Source: Giardia intestinalis (taxonomy: Eukaryota). Taken from it: a stretch of 64,000 nucleotides of DNA. Of the stretch, positions 57,190 to 64,000 are shown piece after piece. The stretch is taken from the NCBI GenBank assembly GCA_000002435.2, contig CM018790.1. The stretch is one strand, 5' to 3'. Position 1 is the first letter of the stretch. Each line of letters starts with the position of its first letter. The position numbers and the translations under genes are program-made. The notes below the pieces were generated by a model. It made no database searches, had not been told where the DNA came from, and was given only the letters and a program-made list of their open reading frames with translations.

Positions 57190-59114
57190 AAAGGTATGTA
57201 GACCTGAGGATTTTTTAGCTCGCTGACGCACTTGTCAACATAAGCTTTGATGATTTCGTCTCCGGGATAAGTATCCAGAGTTTCGTAGCAGAGCTGGAGA
57301 CAATCGAAGACCTTCCCTGCTTCATACAGAAGCTGTACTTGCATCGTTATATCCACAAGTGCCTGATATTCTGGGGACGCTTCGACTATTTCATAAAGGT
57401 TTAGGGGCTCTGCTTTTCCCTTCGCCTCGATTTGCCCCATGAACCTCGCCTTTATCTTTGGACCAAGATACTGAACACAGTGACTATGAATGAGCACCTT
57501 GCTGTTGAAGATTCGTGTAGCAGTTTCTATGCGACTAGCCACATTGACTGTGTCGGAGATTGCAGTGTAATTAAGCTTCTTTGAACACCCGAAGACACCA
57601 ACCATGCAGTCACCGGCATTGATGCCAAATCGGCAGTCTAGTTTTCTCAAGTCTGCTGAGCCTGATTGTTGGATTCGTCGTAATATGGCAAAAGCTGCCA
57701 AGCACGCGCTATTGATAGAGTTTCGAACGTGCTCTACTCTGACAAGAGACGAGTCAAAGAACTGGCCGCTAGGCGTTGATGAGAATGCAAGCGATCTGTG
57801 AGCTGACGAGCCAATGGCACTATTGATGTCGGAAATCCCTGAGGAATGATCCAGCGTGCTTATGCACCTGGCTTGATTGACACTTCTTGATGAGCTGATG
57901 TATGGTCCTTTTAAGCCTGTCTCTTTGAGGCCAGAGTGCGTGCTGGCTTCCCATATACACATCGCTCCGTCTCCCAGGTATGTGCCGAGCTTACCGCTGT
58001 GCTTCTCCGTCTCATCGCAGACGATTTCAAAGAACTGCTCAAGTAGCTTGAGTAGGTGCGTGAGTGGCATCTTATCACTGAGAGACGTGAACCCTTTGAT
58101 ATCGCAAAACATGATAGTTGCAAACCGTACAGTCGCATGGGATTTCAGGGCTTCATTACTAGATAGAAGGGAATTTGTCCGATGTATCTTGAGCTGCTCT
58201 AGTGCATTGAAATCGTAGGATTGCAGTCTTCGTCCAGGGCGCACATCTTCTCTCTGACGTAAGTCCCTGATGATGCTCTTTAATGAATTATCCAGAGAAC
58301 GGTCGATCTCTTGAATTACCTCAGGAACGGTGTAACAAAACAGGGCTTCTTTGTAAAGCATAGTCTTCTCTGTTAGCATCTGTATTGCTATTTCCTCGAG
58401 TGTTGGGGCCGCAGACTTAACGCTAAAAGAAGTTGCCTTTTCTATCATCTGAGCTATGTTGAAGAGGGCATTGTCAAACATGCTTTCCGTGAACGTAGCT
58501 CTATTTGCTTCTGAGTCATTGATCAGAAGCGGATGACCTTGTGTTCTATGTTCATCAGAGTTATCCATTACTGTCTCGGAAAGAGCCGGATATCTATAGG
58601 ATGCTAACTCGCTTTCTTTGGCTTCAGTAGAGATCGGGTGACTATTGCATATGTTCTGATCGCTAGATGTCTTGCCCGCGTTCCATCGTGTACTCTGAGC
58701 AAGCATAATTCGAATGGCTGCGGCAACCCCTCGGACAATGGGCACGCTAGATTTTATTGTAGCATAGCGTAATGTCAGATACACAGCCACAAAGGCCCCG
58801 ATTAAGAATAGGTCAACCAGGTTCAAGATGTGGTAGGCTTTTGGAGAGGGCTGAACATGGAGTTCAGGCTCATGACCGTGGCCGAAGCACTGAACAGTGA
58901 ACATGCCCACATTTGCATGGGTAGTCATGCATGATGTCGTTCTATTGCAGAATGACCATATCTCCTCTACATTTTGGGAAAATATGAGTATCAATCGGCG
59001 GTACATGCTCCGCAAAATCATTATGACCACCGCCACAGGAGGGATCGTGTAGAAATATGCTGATTGTGTTATGAATTCAGTGAACTGTGTTAGCTGCAGA
59101 ATCCGAAGAAGCAT
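57186..59114 (-). CDS. Class III adenylyl/guanylyl cyclase, membrane-associated
   Basis: N-terminal hydrophobic segments, then a cyclase homology domain: FATIMFCDIKGFTSLS (metal-binding Asp), GDGAMCIW, VNVASRIE. The track start at 59120 is GTG, so I used the ATG at 59114. The stop overlaps the NEK gene stop by 4 bp (convergent). Confidence 0.75.
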   Translation of the reverse strand: MLLRILQLTQFTEFITQSAYFYTIPPVAVVIMILRSMYRRLILIFSQNVEEIWSFCNRTTSCMTTHANVGMFTVQCFGHGHEPELHVQPSPKAYHILNLVDLFLIGAFVAVYLTLRYATIKSSVPIVRGVAAAIRIMLAQSTRWNAGKTSSDQNICNSHPISTEAKESELASYRYPALSETVMDNSDEHRTQGHPLLINDSEANRATFTESMFDNALFNIAQMIEKATSFSVKSAAPTLEEIAIQMLTEKTMLYKEALFCYTVPEVIQEIDRSLDNSLKSIIRDLRQREDVRPGRRLQSYDFNALEQLKIHRTNSLLSSNEALKSHATVRFATIMFCDIKGFTSLSDKMPLTHLLKLLEQFFEIVCDETEKHSGKLGTYLGDGAMCIWEASTHSGLKETGLKGPYISSSRSVNQARCISTLDHSSGISDINSAIGSSAHRSLAFSSTPSGQFFDSSLVRVEHVRNSINSACLAAFAILRRIQQSGSADLRKLDCRFGINAGDCMVGVFGCSKKLNYTAISDTVNVASRIETATRIFNSKVLIHSHCVQYLGPKIKARFMGQIEAKGKAEPLNLYEIVEASPEYQALVDITMQVQLLYEAGKVFDCLQLCYETLDTYPGDEIIKAYVDKCVSELKNPQVYIPF

Positions 59115-59214
59115 GCCCACAATTGAAACTTTTCAAAGCACCCAACAATGAGCGCTACAGTGTCTACGGCACAGCTACAGCAAACCGTTTACATTACACC
59201 ACGCAGATACCTCT

Positions 59215-60489
59215 TTATATGCTCTGCTTTTGCTTGACTACGTCTGCTGAGCCCTTCAGAAGAGTGTCCCTACTAATGATAGAAAGACAATGAGTCTTGT
59301 CACTCCCAACAAACACATTTGAAAGGGATCCTTGTCTGTAGCCAGGGTCAGCTAACACATTCATTCTCGAATAAGACCCGATCCATGAATAATCTCTAAG
59401 ATACTCCTTACTACACAGTGATTGATCTTTCTTCTTTTGCCTGAAATAGAAAGCATCCTCATTTGTATAGGGCAGATACTCAGACCCCATATACCTTGCC
59501 ATAGCAAGACCTACCTCATCTGCAAAAGCTCGGGGGTCTTTTCGCTCTCCCGTAGGAGTTCTGCTGCTAATTGGATCCAAGTAGACAACCTTCACAAAGC
59601 AGAATGGATTAGTAAGGTAGGAGTATAAGGTATACAGGGCACTTTGGCTGACATATGCAGGGTTGTTGTAGGACCGGTAGATGAGGCAGATAGGCTGAAT
59701 ATCTGTGTCCAAGCGGAAAACAGACGTTCTAAAACGCAGAAGACCCCGTTCAGTAGTCGTGGTCCCCTCAGGGAATATGTGTATGGGCCTCCAATCGGCG
59801 TCCTCCTTCATCAGCAAGACGCGCTCTCTGAGTAGATCGGTCGATGAGCGAATACTGTCCGTGCTAGAGGAGCCGTGGAGATTAGTGTCTTCAGTTGTGC
59901 ATGTGGAGCTGCTAAGATCCCTTGAGTCTACCTTTGAGTCTTGTGTCGTCTTCTTCGTTCGTACATAGATAACACGAAGTGCCTCCATCGGTTTCCGAAG
60001 CAAATAGATGCTTGACACGCCAATCTTCGAGACAAACGCCGGCCCCTCGGCCATAATTAGGATGAAGATGTCCAGAAGACCAACGTGGTTGCTAACGCAG
60101 ATGATTGGGCGTGGGCTCCTTCTGCGAGCATCAATACGATAGAAGGTAAACCACGAGCATTGCATAAGAAAGTATACAGGGTATGCAACGCACTTGTAGA
60201 GATTAATCCGCCAACCACGAAGAGGTTGGTCTCGTGGATATCCGGCAAGAATGACGATAGAACATATCCAAACGATTGTTTGAAGTACGAGAAAGGAGAG
60301 GAGCCGGAAGATTGCGACAAAAGGACCGATGATCACAAAGAGGGGTGTGATGAAGTACCTGCCAAAAGGCCTGCTATTAAAGGGAGTCGCGCTCGTTGTA
60401 TACACAAAGGGAAAGCAAGGTTTGTATGAAAATGTGCCATCGACCGTGTTGACCCGCTCGTTGGAATCTTGATCAAGATAGGAGGCCAT
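59215..60489 (-). CDS. Lysophospholipid / glycerol-phosphate acyltransferase (PlsC/LPLAT family)
   Basis: HX4D motif SNHVGLLD, FPEGTTT motif, and N-terminal TM helices. ATG verified at 60489. Confidence 0.75.
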   Translation of the reverse strand: MASYLDQDSNERVNTVDGTFSYKPCFPFVYTTSATPFNSRPFGRYFITPLFVIIGPFVAIFRLLSFLVLQTIVWICSIVILAGYPRDQPLRGWRINLYKCVAYPVYFLMQCSWFTFYRIDARRRSPRPIICVSNHVGLLDIFILIMAEGPAFVSKIGVSSIYLLRKPMEALRVIYVRTKKTTQDSKVDSRDLSSSTCTTEDTNLHGSSSTDSIRSSTDLLRERVLLMKEDADWRPIHIFPEGTTTTERGLLRFRTSVFRLDTDIQPICLIYRSYNNPAYVSQSALYTLYSYLTNPFCFVKVVYLDPISSRTPTGERKDPRAFADEVGLAMARYMGSEYLPYTNEDAFYFRQKKKDQSLCSKEYLRDYSWIGSYSRMNVLADPGYRQGSLSNVFVGSDKTHCLSIISRDTLLKGSADVVKQKQSI

Positions 60490-60598
60490 TTACAACCAAA
60501 TTTTGAGAGTTAGTGTTATTGACATACACTTTCTGCTACACTAAAGTGCTTCTAAGTACAGGAAAAGGCAGATGGATAAAGGTGGGCTCAAGCCTCCC

Positions 60599-61903
60599 TC
60601 AGATTGCCATGCAGATGTAGTAGAGTGCAGGGACAGCTAAGAACATAGTTAAGCACTGGATGATTGCAGCAGCACCGGTGCTTAAACCATTGTAACGGTA
60701 GGTGTCGCACATAACGAAGCAGAAAACTCCAGTGGGGGTAGCCGCAAGGATAGTGTTGATGGCGATGAGCTCCTTATCCAACTTCATGCCAAACATTATC
60801 CCCATCATGATGAGAGGGAAAATGAACTGCCGCAAGAGGGTCATAATGCAAAACCGCAACGTCTCTATCCACATGTATCTATTATATTCTTTGAGGCAAC
60901 CTTGTGCCTTGCTCATCCGATACTTCTCTATGCACTCCTCAACCTTGTGGTATCCGTACATACCCATCATGATATTAGCAACGGGAGTGGTTGTGTTACT
61001 AAGATTGACAAAGAATAAACGGATTGGCGTCGGGAGGGTCTTAATCTGTGGGGCATAGCTTCCAGCGATGAGATAGACGAGCGTAATAAGTAGGCAGAGG
61101 ATGATTGGAACCTTGAAAGTGTTACGCATTGAGATGCAGATTACCTTTCGGTAGTTAATGTTTAGTTTAGGTGCTTTAACCTTGGCTTTGGTTCTGGACG
61201 CCTCGTGGTTCGCTGATAGAGGAAATTCTCCTGAGGTAGGTGGGATGGTTGTGTCTATTTGCACATTATCCAGACACATATCACTTTGACATTGCATGGA
61301 AGACCGTGCCTGGGGAATATATGATCCATCGGAATCATCAGACCCCCTGCCTCTACTACAGCCTTGACCACGACCGTGTGGTGAAGCGTCCTGCGTTGGT
61401 TGGCGCAGCTTTTTCTGTTGCTGGATGGTTGTCCAAAGCTCGTACATGAAATAATAAAAGACGAGACAGCCGCCCCATGGATACATGTGAATGAAGCAGT
61501 AACGCTCATACTTGGATCCAAAGAGGCCGGCAATGATGGGGACGCCCATGGCAACGCAATTACTTAAGGTTGATCCGCACCACATATGAACTGTTGATGC
61601 AATAAAGTTTTCATGCTTGTCCAAAAACAGGGCCAGAAACATACACAGGAAGAACATGATCAAGATTGTTGCAAAATAAGCTGCGATTATCAAAAGATCT
61701 TCATATACAATTGTGACTCTGGCTCCGAGAGTATAGATTAACGAAATAGGAAATGTAAACTTGAACACAAGAGCTGAAAAGTAGCGGAACTCCGATGCTT
61801 TGAAAAGTTTTGTGGGAGGTATGAGGGCTCCAGCGGCAACAAGCAGGACAACGGGGAGGATTCCCGATAATGCTCCGCTCATTAGTTCTCCAAACGATAG
61901 CAT
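60599..61903 (-). CDS. Polytopic membrane protein, possibly auxin-efflux-carrier-like (Mem_trans) transporter
   Basis: About 5 TM helices at each end flank a hydrophilic central loop, the Mem_trans topology. The N-terminus GILPVVLLVAAGAL resembles that family. The track start at 61915 is GTG, so I used the ATG at 61903. The family call is tentative. Confidence 0.4.
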   Translation of the reverse strand: MLSFGELMSGALSGILPVVLLVAAGALIPPTKLFKASEFRYFSALVFKFTFPISLIYTLGARVTIVYEDLLIIAAYFATILIMFFLCMFLALFLDKHENFIASTVHMWCGSTLSNCVAMGVPIIAGLFGSKYERYCFIHMYPWGGCLVFYYFMYELWTTIQQQKKLRQPTQDASPHGRGQGCSRGRGSDDSDGSYIPQARSSMQCQSDMCLDNVQIDTTIPPTSGEFPLSANHEASRTKAKVKAPKLNINYRKVICISMRNTFKVPIILCLLITLVYLIAGSYAPQIKTLPTPIRLFFVNLSNTTTPVANIMMGMYGYHKVEECIEKYRMSKAQGCLKEYNRYMWIETLRFCIMTLLRQFIFPLIMMGIMFGMKLDKELIAINTILAATPTGVFCFVMCDTYRYNGLSTGAAAIIQCLTMFLAVPALYYICMAI

Positions 61904-62080
61904 GATAGACAGCACTGGGCTGAAATTATATTTTTGATCTGGAGGTAAGCATAGACAGGACTTGATTTTTTATTAAACAATTTTATTACAAATCTATAGG
62001 CGAGACCCCACTTGTAGGTCGTCTAGGAAGATTGTGGACAGCACAACAATGCAAAGGGAAAGAAAAGCGTTGATAGGTGT

Positions 62081-63208
62081 TCACATACACTTACGGTTTG
62101 CAATGGAAGCGCCATTCTCTTGATATTCTTGAGAGCTTACCCACATAGACTCGAAGGTTGCCAGGCTCCCCAATACGCTTCCACCAACCCAGGCAGAGTA
62201 CTTTCTGTCCTCGGGACTACTTATGCGCACACGCTTCCCGGCTGGAATGAGGTCAAGAAGCTCCTTCTCCAGTCTCTCGGGGAGGCCTGCAAACATGCTG
62301 CTCCCGCCGCTCAGGACCACGTTACTATAAAGCTCTGACCTAATATCAATGTCACACTTCTGAATGGTCTTGTAACATAGCTGGTGAATGCCGTCCATGT
62401 CGCTATTGTTGAGCTCCGGCCTGAAGAGGAGCTCAGGGGTCTTGAAGCGGGCCTGGTTCACGGTAATGACGACCCCATCTGGCAGCTCATATGTTTTTGT
62501 GTAGTTGGCACTCTCCATGGAGGCAGCCAAAACGGACTCATAATCAAGGGCAACGAAGCAGAGCTTCTCTTTTATATCACGCACTATCTCAAACTCTGCG
62601 CTCGTGGTAAACGATGCGCCGTTCTCCTGTAGGTTGATTTGGCAGAAGTCTGTAAGCTCCTTGCCCGCAATCTCAGAACGGAGAACTGCATGTGGTAGAG
62701 AATATCCTTCGTACACAGGAACAGTATGCGTCACCCCGTCGCCTGTATCGATAACAATCCCGGTGGTGCGCCCGGAACTGTAGAGAGCCAGGACTGCCTG
62801 TACCTGGACATAGAAGGCAGGTACGGCAAATGTCTCGAACATGATCTGGCAAATCTTTTCTCGGTTAGCCTTTGGGTTCTTTGGAGCCTCGGTAAGGAGT
62901 ACGGCATGGTCCGAAGGCTGTGCTCGCAGCTCATTGAAGTAGCAATGGTGCCACACCTTCTCCATCATGTCCCAGTCCTTTATCTGTCCATGCTCTATCG
63001 GGTAGGAGAGCTTCAGCACCCCACGCTTTGCTAGGGCCTCGTCTCCTATGTACTCCTCCTTGTGGGTGGAGCCCACAAGCACAGTCTCACGTTTCGGGCG
63101 ACCGACTACTGTGGGGAACACAGCACGTGGCGCATCGTCCCCAGCAAAGCCTGCCTTGCACATTCCGGAGCCGTTATCAATGACTATGGCAGGGTTGTCG
63201 TCTGTCAT
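62081..63208 (-). CDS. Actin (divergent Giardia-type), 375 aa
   Basis: [41 protein letters not shown]... is collinear with actin ([28 protein letters not shown]) through the C-terminal ...GPSIVHRKCF-like end. The track start at 63220 is TTG; the ATG at 63208 gives exactly 375 aa. Confidence 0.85.
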   Translation of the reverse strand: MTDDNPAIVIDNGSGMCKAGFAGDDAPRAVFPTVVGRPKRETVLVGSTHKEEYIGDEALAKRGVLKLSYPIEHGQIKDWDMMEKVWHHCYFNELRAQPSDHAVLLTEAPKNPKANREKICQIMFETFAVPAFYVQVQAVLALYSSGRTTGIVIDTGDGVTHTVPVYEGYSLPHAVLRSEIAGKELTDFCQINLQENGASFTTSAEFEIVRDIKEKLCFVALDYESVLAASMESANYTKTYELPDGVVITVNQARFKTPELLFRPELNNSDMDGIHQLCYKTIQKCDIDIRSELYSNVVLSGGSSMFAGLPERLEKELLDLIPAGKRVRISSPEDRKYSAWVGGSVLGSLATFESMWVSSQEYQENGASIANRKCM

Positions 63209-63343
63209 TTTACTTTGCAAATAAATTTAAAAAGATTGAGAAAATCAAATTCCAGAAACCATGCCTAAGAGCCATAAACTTATAGGATACTAACGGGTAC
63301 TTCAAGATGCACGCTTCTACACAGGCTCATCGGCAAGGAGTTC

Positions 63344-63952
63344 TCAGTGCACATTTCTGCGATCTTTAAATATAGCACATGTACTATCGTACAGAATTAG
63401 ATAATATAAAGCACACATTGCTGCAGAAAAAGCACGAATGTGTTCTTTTAGCTTGACAACAACAATAATTAACGTTTGGGCCGTGAAAAGAGGGGTGTAG
63501 CGTATCCCATTGAGGAGTTGCCAATCAAAGTCTAGACCATAGTCCCACACGACTTGTGGATAAGCATCGACAGTCAGTTGGGTCTCTTTTATACCGGCTG
63601 AGATCATGCTCGCAAGCCTATTTATAGAGGCCTGAGTAAGGACTCTGAACTCTGGGAGGGACGTAGCTCCTGTTAAAACAGAAGAATTTGCAAACAGAGA
63701 CAAGAATTCGTCTGTCTGATATGCTAGCATGTTTCTGAAGTCCTTGTTGCGTCGTGTTTCATACCCTAACTCTGGCCGTTGATACAAAAGGTGCCCCTTT
63801 ACGTAGTTGAAAAGATAGTTCATTGCAGGTAGTCTATAGTGGAGCTGAACGTTAAGGAATGCGTTATCTAACTCTAGTAAGTATTGGTGTATGTCTTGCT
63901 CCGTGAATTCAGTCAGCTGCCTTTTGCTAGGACTCTTATCATAAATATCCAT
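63344..63952 (-). CDS. Hypothetical protein, possibly 5'-truncated by the window edge
   Basis: 202-aa ORF with ATG at 63952. The reading frame stays open upstream (codons ...SESASAL before the M) all the way to position 64000, so the true start may lie outside the window. No domain recognised. Confidence 0.45.
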   Translation of the reverse strand: MDIYDKSPSKRQLTEFTEQDIHQYLLELDNAFLNVQLHYRLPAMNYLFNYVKGHLLYQRPELGYETRRNKDFRNMLAYQTDEFLSLFANSSVLTGATSLPEFRVLTQASINRLASMISAGIKETQLTVDAYPQVVWDYGLDFDWQLLNGIRYTPLFTAQTLIIVVVKLKEHIRAFSAAMCALYYLILYDSTCAIFKDRRNVH

Positions 63953-64000
63953 TAATGCAGACGCAGACTCCGATGATATTATTGATGTGAGCTGGAGGCA

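Noticed and set aside
1-64000. Interpretation of the window as a prokaryotic accessory or defence island (operons, CRISPR, toxin-antitoxin, phage)
   Set aside because: The gene content is unmistakably eukaryotic: actin, Sec23, Mediator MED31, a CDK-like kinase, a UBC E2, RPL12/RPS25 of the eukaryotic type, an ankyrin-NEK fusion and a prenyltransferase. It is specifically Giardia: VSPs with the CRGKA tail and the VSP poly(A) motif. There are no CRISPR-like short direct repeats, no Shine-Dalgarno-coupled operons and no phage genes.

Overview
This window is a eukaryotic, very gene-dense segment that I assign with high confidence to Giardia (intestinalis/lamblia-type diplomonad). The assignment rests on several signals seen directly in the sequence:
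- Two identical variant-specific surface protein (VSP) genes, Cys-rich with CXXC and GGCY motifs, a C-terminal TM helix and the invariant CRGKA tail.
- Each VSP stop codon is followed immediately by the canonical extended VSP poly(A) motif ACTTAGATAGTAAAC.
- Intergenic gaps are tens of base pairs, with two convergent gene pairs overlapping by 4 bp.
- A 375-aa divergent actin.
- A NEK-type (pseudo)kinase fused to a long ankyrin-repeat array.

Layout of the window:
- Flanks (1-33.2 kb and 51-64 kb): compact housekeeping and trafficking genes. These include a CDK-like kinase, IMP3, MED31, a copine-domain protein, SPCS3, a Sec1-family protein, RPS25, a membrane-anchored cathepsin-like protease, an E2 enzyme, an S28 peptidase, RPL12, Sec23, a prenyltransferase beta subunit, transporters, an adenylyl cyclase, an acyltransferase and actin.
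- Centre (about 33.3-50.7 kb): a striking structure. Two head-to-head VSP genes sit in a perfect 5,649-bp inverted duplication (arms 33961-39609 and 45002-50650) separated by a 5.4-kb unique spacer.
- This leaves about 12.4 kb between the two VSP start codons with no credible ORF.
- The left arm is additionally bracketed by a second, smaller inverted element pair, about 245 bp near-identical with a diverged extension, of unknown and possibly structured-RNA nature.

Note on start codons: the supplied ORF track calls starts at GTG/TTG as well as ATG. Where I could verify, I moved starts to the first in-frame ATG. After this correction actin is exactly 375 aa and the VSP begins at its signal peptide.

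No prokaryotic features (CRISPR, operons, defence systems) are present. I could not confirm any tRNA or rRNA by eye.
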